The notes: generated from the letters alone by a model not told the origin. A stretch of DNA of 64,000 bases from Patescibacteria group bacterium (GCA_041742135.1 JBGSJG010000004.1:45975-109974); one strand, 5' to 3'; shown: positions 28,251-37,124, counted from the first letter of the stretch. A program made the numbers and translations.

Positions 28251-30823
28251 CAAAAAACGGTTTAGATAAGACAAAAAAAGGTGATTTTCGCGATGAACGC
28301 AAGTCTAAACTCTTCTTTGTACCCAAAGATGAGCTAACCTCCAAGACGGAACTTGAAGATCTTCGAAAGACCGTGTTTATGGATCGCTATTCTCTTCGCG
28401 ACGCGGATGACACGCCAATGGAGCAGTACCCCGAGCAAATGTGGACGAGAGTGGCCAAAGGTGTCTCGCAATTTGAGAAAAATAAAACGCTTCAGGCAAA
28501 GTGGGAAAAGAAATTTTATTCTGTTATGAAAGACTTTAAGTTTGTTCCTGCAGGGCGTATTTTGTCGGGCGCTGGAACTGGTTATGAAGTGACTTTTTTC
28601 AACTGCTACGTAATTCCTTCTCCTAGTGACTCTCGAGGTGGAATTATGGAAAACATTACCCAAACTGTTGAAATTCAATCTCGCGCTGGCGGAGTAGGGG
28701 TAAACCTCTCGACTCTTCGCCCCCGTGGGGCACGCGTCAGAAAAGTAAACGGCACAAGTAGCGGCCCTGTTAATTGGGCGGCACTATACTCAACAGCTAA
28801 TCACGATGTCATTCAACAAGGCGGAAGCCGCCGCGGCGCCCTGATGCTCATGCTTAACGATTGGCACCCCGATGTTGAAGAATTTATTCGTGTTAAAGAA
28901 GATCTGACTAAAATCCCGGGAGCCAACTTGTCTGTATGTGTAACTGACAAATTTATGGATGCGGTCAAGGCTGATGGCAATTGGGATCTTATTTTCCCAG
29001 ATTATGCCAACACTCCCGATTATGATGATTTTTGGGATGGAGACATAGATAAATGGATTGAATCTGGCCGCAAAGTCACGGTCTATAAAACCGTCAAAGC
29101 TCGCGAAGTATGGGACATGATTGCCGGCGCGGCGTGGAGGAGTGCTGAGCCCGGGCTTCACTTTATTGAGCGAAGTAATAAAAGAAGCAACACCTATTAC
29201 TTTGAAAAGCTCATTGCCACAAATCCCTGTGGTGAGCAGCCTCTAGGGGCTTGGGCGGTGTGTAACCTTGGTGCCATGAATTTAACCGCGTATGTTAAAA
29301 AGGATGGCAGTTTTGACTACGAATCTCTTGAGCGCGATGCCTCAGTTGCGATGCGTTTTATGGACAATGTGATTGAAGCGAATTTCTACTTTTACTCCGA
29401 AACATATGAATCTCAAATGGATATTAGGCGCACGGGCTTGGGAACAATGGGCCTTGGGGATGCGCTTATTATGATGAAAATCAAATACGGCTCGGACGAG
29501 TCTGTGAGGGTGATTGAGAAAATCTATAAGACAATTCGCGATTCAGCTTATCGCACCTCTGCACTTTTGGGAGCTGAAAAAGGTGTGTTTAGAAAATTTG
29601 ATCGCGATAAATATCTTAATGCTTGGTTTGTAAAAAGATTGCCAGAGGACGTTCGTGAATCCATTTCCAAAAATGGCATCCGAAATGCTGTACTTTTGAC
29701 CCAAGCCCCCACAGGAACTACATCGCTTTTGGCAGGAGTGAGCTCCGGAATCGAGCCTGTATACAATTTTGAATTTAAACGTAAAGATCGAACAGGGGAG
29801 CATATTGTCTACCATCCACTATTTGAGGCATGGAAGAAAGAGCACCCCAGTGAGCCCAAGCCAGAGCACTTTGTATGTGCCATGGATTTGTCCCCCGAGG
29901 AGCACTTGAAAGTTCAAGCAAAGGTTCAGGAATATACCGACAGCTCTATTAGTAAAACCGTGAATGCCCCCGAGAACTATTCGGTGGATGATGTTCGAGA
30001 ACTTTATACGAAAGCCTATGAATGGGGTTGTAAAGGTATAACCTTTTTCCGTGATGGATCCCGCGCTGGAGTTTTGGAAAGTGTCAAAGAGGAAAAGCCA
30101 AAAGAAACCTCTGCGGATGCACCGGCGAGAGTTGAACCAGAAAAAGAGCCAGAGCCTGTGGTGGCAAGTGCACCTATCCGTGAGGCAGATCAGTTGGCAC
30201 TGCCAGTGTCGCCTGAGGCTGGAGCAAGACTTATTAATCGCCCGTTTGTGGTTCACGGAGCTACTTATAAACTTAAAACTCCAGTAGGGACGGCATTTAT
30301 CACCATCAATAACGATGACGCAGGGGAGCCTTTGGAAATGTTTATTAATATCGGTAAAGCCGGAAGCGACGTCAGCGCCTTTGCAGTGGCTTTGGGTCGC
30401 ACGATTTCTGCTTCACTTCGGTTCAGAAGCACGCTTTCAGCTAAAGAGCGAGCCTTGGAGATTGCGGAGCAGCTTAAAGACATTGGAGGCCGCCGCTCAG
30501 TTGGCTTTGGCCAGAGCAGAATTCGCTCGCTTCCAGATGCCATAAGTGTAGCTTTGACTACTCATTTTGGTTTTACATTAAATGGTAACGGGCTTCACAC
30601 AAATGGCCATTCGCAGGACAAAGTAACTTTGACGCAAAATGAGACGGAGCTTATGGGTGTAGGAGCTTTGGGAGTGGATAACCCCGGAGGGCAAGTTATG
30701 ATGATGGCTGAGGAGCCCCAGTATGGGGCCAAGGTGGACCTCTGCCCCGAGTGCGGTGAACATACACTAGTTTTTGAAGAAGGCTGCGCCAAGTGCTACT
30801 CGTGTGGCCATGCTGAGTGCTAG
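28247..30823 (+). CDS. nrdJ: ribonucleoside-diphosphate/triphosphate reductase, class II (adenosylcobalamin-dependent)
   Basis: NPCGEQPL catalytic motif. 858 aa. C-terminal CxxC...CxxC tail. ATGA overlap with nrdR. Confidence 0.9.
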   Translation: MTKNGLDKTKKGDFRDERKSKLFFVPKDELTSKTELEDLRKTVFMDRYSLRDADDTPMEQYPEQMWTRVAKGVSQFEKNKTLQAKWEKKFYSVMKDFKFVPAGRILSGAGTGYEVTFFNCYVIPSPSDSRGGIMENITQTVEIQSRAGGVGVNLSTLRPRGARVRKVNGTSSGPVNWAALYSTANHDVIQQGGSRRGALMLMLNDWHPDVEEFIRVKEDLTKIPGANLSVCVTDKFMDAVKADGNWDLIFPDYANTPDYDDFWDGDIDKWIESGRKVTVYKTVKAREVWDMIAGAAWRSAEPGLHFIERSNKRSNTYYFEKLIATNPCGEQPLGAWAVCNLGAMNLTAYVKKDGSFDYESLERDASVAMRFMDNVIEANFYFYSETYESQMDIRRTGLGTMGLGDALIMMKIKYGSDESVRVIEKIYKTIRDSAYRTSALLGAEKGVFRKFDRDKYLNAWFVKRLPEDVRESISKNGIRNAVLLTQAPTGTTSLLAGVSSGIEPVYNFEFKRKDRTGEHIVYHPLFEAWKKEHPSEPKPEHFVCAMDLSPEEHLKVQAKVQEYTDSSISKTVNAPENYSVDDVRELYTKAYEWGCKGITFFRDGSRAGVLESVKEEKPKETSADAPARVEPEKEPEPVVASAPIREADQLALPVSPEAGARLINRPFVVHGATYKLKTPVGTAFITINNDDAGEPLEMFINIGKAGSDVSAFAVALGRTISASLRFRSTLSAKERALEIAEQLKDIGGRRSVGFGQSRIRSLPDAISVALTTHFGFTLNGNGLHTNGHSQDKVTLTQNETELMGVGALGVDNPGGQVMMMAEEPQYGAKVDLCPECGEHTLVFEEGCAKCYSCGHAEC

Positions 30824-30880
30824 AAAATCCTCAAATCATCCTCGCCTTGGATAAATGGTAAGATTTATTTATCACTACTT

Positions 30881-31873
30881 ATGTCAGAGGATGGGCAGAT
30901 CATCAAACCAGAAGATATCGGCATTGAACCTGAAACAGTAATTCATGAGAAATCTGACGGGTCGGTTATGGGAGGTTTGTACGCCGCTCCCTGGGGAAGC
31001 TCGACAGGAAACCATGAGATTTTTATAGACACAATCGACTCAGAAAGAAGCGCAACTCTACAAAGAATAACAAGAGCAGCTGATAATATTAGAAACCCAA
31101 ATCAAACAACAGAAATTAACGGGTTGTTCTCTGCTTCTGAACGGGAGGTTGTTGCATCAAGACTGGAAGAGATATCAGAAAAATTACTAATGGATGAAGC
31201 TTACCGGAAATCTATGGTTGATCTCATGAGAATGCACGAAGAAATGCATAGGCTTAGAGAAGTGAGAATTCCCTCTAGTGGGTTTAATGTCGAAGATTCT
31301 GTGATGGACCACTTAGCCGATGGAATGGATGACGAGGAGGATTACAGTCAATTATTGAACAATTACTACAAAGGTTTAAATCAATTCGCGATTTACGATG
31401 AAACTTACGCACAGATTGGTGGAATTAGAAATGCTTACGGTGAGAGTGATCAAGATGTTAGGCGGGATTTTGTCTTTATGTCTTTTGCATTTTCTGCGCA
31501 AGAATTACTGGCAAGCAGCGAACCTGATATTTTAGGCAGTCTTTATAAAGTTCATCAAAATCCCACAATACCATTTCTTTTACCAAGTCATGAATTATCA
31601 AAAATTATTATAGCGTCTGGGGCGGGGGACTTGTCAGCTAAAGCGATGCGTGGAGAAATTTCTGAAAGTGAGTACAAGCAAATCGCAAGAACTTCAATTA
31701 AACGAGCTGTTTTAACCCCAGAATCAATTCTTTTCGAACTTGATAATAAAAACAGTCTGGTGATTGAGGTCGATCGTTGCTTGGGTGATAGCGCAAGATT
31801 AGTTAATGAATCTGTTTTACAAATGAATAGTGCCTATGAAAACAGTCAGCAAAGTGCTGGTAGTGAGCAATAA
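30881..31873 (+). CDS. acidic hypothetical protein (orphan ORF inside duplicated nrdJ 3' ends)
   Basis: 330-aa ORF with no recognisable motifs. Confidence 0.4.
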   Translation: MSEDGQIIKPEDIGIEPETVIHEKSDGSVMGGLYAAPWGSSTGNHEIFIDTIDSERSATLQRITRAADNIRNPNQTTEINGLFSASEREVVASRLEEISEKLLMDEAYRKSMVDLMRMHEEMHRLREVRIPSSGFNVEDSVMDHLADGMDDEEDYSQLLNNYYKGLNQFAIYDETYAQIGGIRNAYGESDQDVRRDFVFMSFAFSAQELLASSEPDILGSLYKVHQNPTIPFLLPSHELSKIIIASGAGDLSAKAMRGEISESEYKQIARTSIKRAVLTPESILFELDNKNSLVIEVDRCLGDSARLVNESVLQMNSAYENSQQSAGSEQ

Positions 31874-31881
31874 ATTTACAT

Positions 31882-31926
31882 GAAGGCTGTGCCAAGTGTT
31901 ATGCTTGCGGACATAGTGAATGTTAG
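31882..31926 (+). repeat. second copy of the last 15 codons of nrdJ (EGCAKCYACGHSEC*), diverged mainly at synonymous sites
   Basis: Compare 30779-30823. Differences are mostly third-position or conservative (S/A swaps). Confidence 0.8.
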
Positions 31927-31951
31927 TTCGCAAATATAACGAGTGAAACGA

Positions 31952-31980
31952 GTTACTCCTGCGGCCACGCAGAGTGCTAG
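31952..31980 (+). repeat. third partial copy of the nrdJ 3' end (..YSCGHAEC*)
   Basis: 29-nt match with synonymous substitutions, 25 nt downstream of copy 2. Confidence 0.7.
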
Positions 31981-32014
31981 GATAAACTCCGTATTTGTGG
32001 TAAAATCACGAACT

Positions 32015-32455
32015 ATGAGTTTAGAAAGGTATCCCGACAACCGCCTCGATGACATTCCAGATCAAACACACTTTCCAGAGATAGTTGACGATTTGTGTCG
32101 TCTTTATGATTCTCACAATGGTCTATCACTTTTGGATCTTGATGAGATCGGTATATCAGTGCCTGGGTTCTTAGAAGTACGACCCAGGGTCAGTTCGCAA
32201 GATCAGAATTCAGGCGAGGAATACAATTGGTTTGCGGTTTTTGTGTTTAATGTTGATGGCAGCGAAGTCCGCGCAGCAATTCCTTGGAGAAATGACAGTG
32301 ATCGGGCTGGCGATGTGGCGCTAGGGAGGTCAATTACGTTTTTTGCTCCAGAAGGCATTGATAATGAAAAGGTAGAAGGATTAGCTCAGGAGCTGTTTGA
32401 TTCTCTAAACGCTTATACAAAGAAGCAATTTTTACCTCCTGATATGGTAAATTAA
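32015..32455 (+). CDS. hypothetical protein
   Basis: Start placed at MSLERYPD. The upstream part of the track ORF reads through the nrdJ-end repeat in another frame. Confidence 0.35.
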   Translation: MSLERYPDNRLDDIPDQTHFPEIVDDLCRLYDSHNGLSLLDLDEIGISVPGFLEVRPRVSSQDQNSGEEYNWFAVFVFNVDGSEVRAAIPWRNDSDRAGDVALGRSITFFAPEGIDNEKVEGLAQELFDSLNAYTKKQFLPPDMVN

Positions 32456-32456
32456 C

Positions 32457-33002
32457 TTGATGCCTATCTATACCAAAAAAGGGGACAAGGGGGAGACGGG
32501 GTTAATTGCCCAAAACCCAGAAGAGAAAATTCGAGTATCAAAAGACTCGGCTCGTGTTGAAGCCATCGGAGCAATTGATGAGCTTAATTCTTATCTTGGA
32601 GTTTGTCTTTCGTTTAGCAATATTCCCGAGCGCGCACCATTTTTGAAAGCGATTCAAGTGAATCTTTTTACTATAAACTCGATACTGGCTGGGAGTGACC
32701 TGAAATTTAATAAAAGCCACACCACACGATTGGAAAAGGAAATCGATAAAATCGACCTCAAAGTTACAAAACTTACGACTTTTGTAATGCCTGCTGGGAC
32801 TGTGTTCGCAACTCATTTGATGTATGCTCGCACACTAGCACGAAAAGCCGAGAGGCGCGCTGCAGGGCTTGCCAAAATCGAAAAAGTTCACCCAAATATT
32901 TTGATGTATCTAAACAGACTTAGTGACATGATTTTTACGCTTTTCCGAGAAGCCAATCACGAAGCGGGAATCCCTGAGACTTATTGGAAGGGCAAGCCCT
33001 AA
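32457..33002 (+). CDS. ATP:cob(I)alamin adenosyltransferase, PduO/MMAB type
   Basis: MMPIYTKKGDKGETGL...SKDSARVEAIGAIDELNSYLG, the classic PduO-type N-terminus. Confidence 0.85.
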   Translation: MMPIYTKKGDKGETGLIAQNPEEKIRVSKDSARVEAIGAIDELNSYLGVCLSFSNIPERAPFLKAIQVNLFTINSILAGSDLKFNKSHTTRLEKEIDKIDLKVTKLTTFVMPAGTVFATHLMYARTLARKAERRAAGLAKIEKVHPNILMYLNRLSDMIFTLFREANHEAGIPETYWKGKP

Positions 33003-33844
33003 CAACCTTCGTAAACGCCGTCGCATTTCGGACAGTGATCTCCCGCCGACATATATCCATTAATTGAGGCGCCGCAGTTGCCACAATTTTTGACATACTT
33101 TTTCTCACCACTTGCAGGCGAGTAAATTAAGAGTCTTGCTCCACTAGTACTTAAGTTTGCAAAAGTCTTCATGCCAACGGGGCAGCTTATGGGGTTTTCC
33201 CCCAGAAACCCTGATGTTTGCATCTCCTGAACTACAAGTTCGGGGGCGATACCCGCTCGAATTTTTTCTGCGAAATATTCTGCATTACTACGATTTGTTG
33301 GTTGAAGCACCTCTGGTTTTTTGTGTGACACAGACTCGATCCAGGTAAGTACCGCAAAGTATGTTTCATCTTCGTCTGGTGCGCTAATTAAGACACCTCT
33401 TTGTTCCTCGGGCTTAGGAATTTCTCCGTCGTATAGGATTGCAGAGTAGAGGAGAACCTTTTGCATTTTTTCGTTATAAACAATTTGATAAATCATTGTT
33501 TTGTTGCAGGGATAAACCCCTTCGAGTTTTGGGCTATGCCAGATAAAGACTCCTTCTTCTGTCTCTGCAACGCGTTTTTGAAGTTCCTGGGCAATTTGAT
33601 ATTCAACGCCGGGTGCAATGTGGGAAAGTATCGGGTCGCCCGTGTCCTCATCTATTAAAACTCCATCTTGGATTAGGTAAGGACGCGAATCTGGTGTGCG
33701 GTTGGTTTCGTTCGAGATACTTAGAAGTCTTGTTGTTAAGTCTTCTTTTTTAATGGATGGGTCTACCCAGTCGGAGGTCACCCAATTTAAAACCGTAACT
33801 TCGGGTGATTCTGCAAACGATGGTCTGATATCTACTGCCAACAT
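32999..33844 (-). CDS. hypothetical protein with C-terminal double zinc-ribbon (CGNCG...CPKCDG)
   Basis: Cysteine pairs at the C-terminus. No catalytic motif recognised. Confidence 0.4.
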   Translation of the reverse strand: MLAVDIRPSFAESPEVTVLNWVTSDWVDPSIKKEDLTTRLLSISNETNRTPDSRPYLIQDGVLIDEDTGDPILSHIAPGVEYQIAQELQKRVAETEEGVFIWHSPKLEGVYPCNKTMIYQIVYNEKMQKVLLYSAILYDGEIPKPEEQRGVLISAPDEDETYFAVLTWIESVSHKKPEVLQPTNRSNAEYFAEKIRAGIAPELVVQEMQTSGFLGENPISCPVGMKTFANLSTSGARLLIYSPASGEKKYVKNCGNCGASINGYMSAGDHCPKCDGVYEGC

Positions 33845-34057
33845 ATTTCTTGCTCGAGAACCCCTCGGTTTACTCGGGGTAAACAGTTGCTAGTTTTCCG
33901 GCTCTTCGACTCATTACACTCGCTCAAAGCTATAGCTTTCGTACTATAGTGGTGAGCGTAGTCGAACCACGGTTGCGGCACAGCTTGGGATTTTCACCCA
34001 ATTCCTTGAACACAACTTGTAACTATCAATATACAATTAATCGCAAAGAATACAAGA

Positions 34058-34101
34058 TCCTTCGACTGCCTGCCCGCGCAGGCTGGCGCTCAGGATGAAT
34101 C
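34058..34101 (+). repeat. 44-nt GC-rich palindrome-containing repeat, copy A
   Basis: tccttcgactgcctgcccgcgcaggctggcgctcaggatgaatc. 39/44 identical to copy B at 38667. Confidence 0.8.
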
Positions 34102-34151
34102 TGTCAGTTTGCTTTTGAGGTTATAAGCCTAAAAGTATACAATAGTACAGT

Positions 34152-34496
34152 ATGACAATTGCAGAATCCCAGCCTCCCATCGATGCGTCTGTTGTTGAAA
34201 TTCCGGATCAGCCAGAAATTCCATCCAATATTGAAACTGCAACCGGGGTAACGAGCGTTCCCACGACACCTGCTCCAATTCAAGGACCTGCTGACCAGCC
34301 AGTCGTGCAATCAGTGCCCGCCCCCGCACAAAATACGCCACAGGTAAAAATTCCAGCGGTTGATGAGAAACAACTTGAGGAATATTCTCGCGGCAACAAG
34401 ACCGACGCGAAGACTTGGTTTGGAGTTTTTTGGATCCGAAAAATTAAGCAGGCAATAGGTGGCGGGCTTTCAGTAATTTTTGGGAAAACACAATGA
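34152..34496 (+). CDS. proline-rich small protein, translationally coupled to the downstream ATPase
   Basis: P/Q/V-rich. C-terminal amphipathic WFGVFWIRKIKQAIGG. ATGA overlap with the next gene. Confidence 0.4.
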   Translation: MTIAESQPPIDASVVEIPDQPEIPSNIETATGVTSVPTTPAPIQGPADQPVVQSVPAPAQNTPQVKIPAVDEKQLEEYSRGNKTDAKTWFGVFWIRKIKQAIGGGLSVIFGKTQ

Positions 34497-36823
34497 ATGT
34501 GCTTACTAGCTTACTAACAACAATTTTTTTGGGGTTGTTCGCGTTTATGTTCTTTTTTTTGTTTTTTCTGGCAATTCTTTGGTACGTAATCGAGCGTGTG
34601 CGGGCGAATGATCGTGAAGAAAAATCACTAGAATCAATTTTGCTTGAGGTTACGGTTCCTCGGGGGAATGAAATAAAAGTTGACGCTATGGAGCAGCTTA
34701 TTTCTTCGTTTGCTTCGATTAAGAAAAGCGGCTGGAAAATGCGCTTTAAGAGCCAGCCCACAATTTCGTTTGAAATACTTGGCAGAAACGAAGACATCAG
34801 GTTTTTCATCTGGGTACCTAAAGACCTTCGTGATTTTATCGAAAAACAAATTAACGGAGCTTACTCGGATGCTCATGTAATTGAAGTCCCCGAATACGAA
34901 ATTTTTACTGAGGAGGGCAAGGTTGCTTATAAAGCTTTTGAGCTTCGTAAAGAAAATTATTTTCCAATTAAAACATTCAAGGAGTTGCCAACTGATGCTC
35001 TGGCGACAATTACTTCGGCAATAGGGAAGATGAGTAAAGGTGAAGCAGCGGCTGTACAAATTCTTGTGTCTCCTACGCAGTCAGAGTGGCAAAAGGAAGG
35101 CCGAGCTTTTATCTCAAACACTAAAAAGCAGGAGTCAGACCCCACAAAGGCCAAGTTTTCTGTTTCTGCAAAAACTCTGGAAGCTGTAGAAAACAAAGTA
35201 AGTAAACCCGGTTTTGCAGTGGCTATTAGGATTGTAGTGGTATCTGAATCGGAGACGACGGCCAATGTTCATCTAAGTAATATCGCCAGCTCCTTTGCTC
35301 AGTATTCTAGCGATGTAAACAGTTTTACTTCCAAGAAAATCAAAAACAAAGGAGCTTTTGTCGAAAACTTCATTTACCGTTACATGCCTTCTGGCATTTT
35401 TGACAGAAGTGTTTCAATTTTAAATTCTGAAGAAATTGCTACGGTGTTTCATTTTCCAAACAAACTTGTTGCCACTCCGCACATTAAATGGCTCAATGCA
35501 AAAACTGCTCCGGCCCCAGCAGAGATTCCTCAAGAGGGCTTATTTATGGGCTATTCCACATATCGAGGTCTCAAGCGACCGGTTTACATTTCTGAAGTTG
35601 ATCGCCAGAGACACACATACATCATCGGAAAAACCGGTACTGGTAAATCTAAATTTTTGCAAAGCCAGATCTTACAAGACATTGAAGCAGGCCGCGGGCT
35701 TTGCTTTATGGATCCACACGGTGACGCTGTGGAGGAGCTTTTGGGCATGATTCCGCCTGAGCGTGCGGAGGATGTGATTTATTTTAGGCCAAGCGATTCG
35801 CTTCGCCCGATGGGCTTGAATTTACTTGAAGCCAAAACTGAAGATCAAAAGCATTTCGTGGCAACATCGGTTATTAACATGATGTACAAGCTTTTTGATC
35901 CATATAAAACTGGAATTGTGGGGCCGAGATTTGAACATGCTGTGAGAAACGCCATTTTGACTGTCTTGGCGGATGAAGGTGCTACGTTTGTGGAGGTTAT
36001 GCGTGTTTTGACGGATGCTAATTATGTTCGCGAATTACTGCCTAAAGTTGATGACCCGATTGTTCGCAGATACTGGACAGATCAGATTGCCCAAACCTCT
36101 GACTTTCATAAATCCGAAGTTTTGGACTACATAACCTCTAAGTTCGGGCGTTTTGTTACCAATAAAATGATCAGAAACATTATTGGTCAGTCTCAATCAT
36201 CGTTTAACTTTCGCGAGGTGATGGATCAAGGAAAAATTTTGTTTATTAATTTGTCTAAGGGTGAGCTTGGGGAGGAGAACTCTAACTTTTTGGGCTTGGT
36301 CATTGTGCCAAGAATCTTAATGGCTGCCATGAGCCGCTCTGATATTCCTGAAGAACAGCGTCGTGATTTTTATCTTTATGTCGACGAGTTTCAGAATTTT
36401 GCCACGCCAGATTTTGCCCAGATACTTTCAGAAGCCAGAAAATATCACTTAAGTTTGACTGTGGCAAATCAGTTTATTGGCCAAATTGACGATGAGATTA
36501 AAAACGCAATATTTGGTAACGTAGGTACGCTCATCACGTACCGCGTAGGTGTGAGCGATGCGCAATATCTGGCGCACGAATTTACACCGACTTTTGGTGA
36601 GGATGACCTTCTTAATATCGAAAAATACAACGTCTACATGAAGACGATTGTCCAAAATGAGCCAGTTCCGCCATTTTCTATGGCTGTGCCGGGAGACATC
36701 ATGGATAAGCTTAAAAACAGAAATCTCAAGCTTGCCGAGGCCTTAAAGGAAATGAGCCGGCTCAAATTTGGTCGAGACGTACGGCTTGTGGAACAAGAGA
36801 TTACGAGACGTGCCAAGTTGTAA
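34493..36823 (+). CDS. VirD4/TrwB/TraG-like type IV coupling-protein family ATPase
   Basis: Two N-terminal TM helices. Walker A IIGKTGTGKSKF, then CFMDPHGD. C-terminal YVDEFQNF...RKYHLSLTVANQ (TraG-D_C-like). Confidence 0.65.
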   Translation: MNVLTSLLTTIFLGLFAFMFFFLFFLAILWYVIERVRANDREEKSLESILLEVTVPRGNEIKVDAMEQLISSFASIKKSGWKMRFKSQPTISFEILGRNEDIRFFIWVPKDLRDFIEKQINGAYSDAHVIEVPEYEIFTEEGKVAYKAFELRKENYFPIKTFKELPTDALATITSAIGKMSKGEAAAVQILVSPTQSEWQKEGRAFISNTKKQESDPTKAKFSVSAKTLEAVENKVSKPGFAVAIRIVVVSESETTANVHLSNIASSFAQYSSDVNSFTSKKIKNKGAFVENFIYRYMPSGIFDRSVSILNSEEIATVFHFPNKLVATPHIKWLNAKTAPAPAEIPQEGLFMGYSTYRGLKRPVYISEVDRQRHTYIIGKTGTGKSKFLQSQILQDIEAGRGLCFMDPHGDAVEELLGMIPPERAEDVIYFRPSDSLRPMGLNLLEAKTEDQKHFVATSVINMMYKLFDPYKTGIVGPRFEHAVRNAILTVLADEGATFVEVMRVLTDANYVRELLPKVDDPIVRRYWTDQIAQTSDFHKSEVLDYITSKFGRFVTNKMIRNIIGQSQSSFNFREVMDQGKILFINLSKGELGEENSNFLGLVIVPRILMAAMSRSDIPEEQRRDFYLYVDEFQNFATPDFAQILSEARKYHLSLTVANQFIGQIDDEIKNAIFGNVGTLITYRVGVSDAQYLAHEFTPTFGEDDLLNIEKYNVYMKTIVQNEPVPPFSMAVPGDIMDKLKNRNLKLAEALKEMSRLKFGRDVRLVEQEITRRAKL

Positions 36824-36831
36824 GCTTCATT

Positions 36832-36840
36832 TGGTATAAT
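36832..36840 (+). promoter_or_regulatory. extended -10 TGgTATAAT upstream of the tRNA cluster
   Basis: Perfect TATAAT with TG at -14/-15, about 10 nt before the first tRNA-like sequence. Confidence 0.45.
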
Positions 36841-36850
36841 ATCCTCACTT

Positions 36851-36887
36851 GGGCCATTCGTTCATCGGCTAGGACGGGATTCTTATA
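36851..36887 (+). pseudogene. 5' half of a split tRNA gene (tRNA#2), ending in anticodon loop CTTATA
   Basis: GGGCCAT acceptor strand and D-arm. Pairs with the 3' half at 36994-37033. Confidence 0.6.
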
Positions 36888-36998
36888 GCGCAAAAATGGG
36901 CCTGTCGTTCAATGGTAGGACACCATTCTTATAAAGTGGACACGAAGGTTCGATTCCTTCCAGGCCCACATTTTTGCGATATATCGTGATGCGTTATA
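36883..36998 (+). mobile_element. 106-nt insertion in the anticodon loop of tRNA#2, carrying an intact tRNA gene
   Basis: Flanked by 10-nt inverted repeats CGCAAAAATG (36889-36898) and CATTTTTGCG (36969-36978), and by a duplicated TTATA (36883-87 and 36994-98). Confidence 0.4.
36898..36968 (+). tRNA. tRNA, anticodon UAU (Ile-type, AUA-reading) by manual cloverleaf; no encoded CCA
   Basis: Acceptor GGGCCTG/CAGGCCC. D-stem GTTC/GGAC. Anticodon stem CCATT/AGTGG, loop CTTATAA. T-arm GAAGG-TTCGATT-CCTTC. 71 nt. Confidence 0.6.
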
Positions 36999-37033
36999 AA
37001 GTCCAAAGGATGGTTCGACTCCATCATGGCCCA
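36994..37033 (+). pseudogene. 3' half of split tRNA#2
   Basis: TTATAA-AGTCC...GATGG-TTCGACT-CCATC-ATGGCCC-A. Anticodon stem and acceptor are perfectly complementary to the 5' half at 36851-36887. Confidence 0.6.
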
Positions 37034-37103
37034 CAAGTAGGACGGATTTTTGTGACAACGAAGATTCGAAAATTTTGCGAAGCAAAAGAGTCAAGCTTTG
37101 CTT

Positions 37104-37121
37104 ATTCCTTCCAGGCCCACA
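37104..37121 (+). repeat. 18-nt direct repeat identical to the 3' end of the tRNA (ATTCCTTCCAGGCCCACA)
   Basis: Exact match to 36953-36970. Att-core-like, about 210 nt from the end of the integrase gene. Confidence 0.6.
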
Positions 37122-37124
37122 CTA

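Noticed and set aside
30779-31980. Diversity-generating retroelement (template and variable repeat) explanation for the nrdJ-end copies
   Set aside because: No reverse transcriptase nearby. Substitutions are synonymous or mixed rather than adenine-specific. The repeats are only 29-45 nt.
31943-32014. Track ORF start MKRVTPAATQSAR... for the 170-aa ORF
   Set aside because: This N-terminal extension is the third nrdJ-end repeat read in a different frame. The plausible start is the ATG at 32015.
33845-34057. Possible ncRNA or tRNA in the divergent intergenic region (GGTTCGACT-like segment, CTATAG repeats)
   Set aside because: No cloverleaf or known RNA family could be folded by eye. Only the 44-nt repeat at 34058-34101 is reported.
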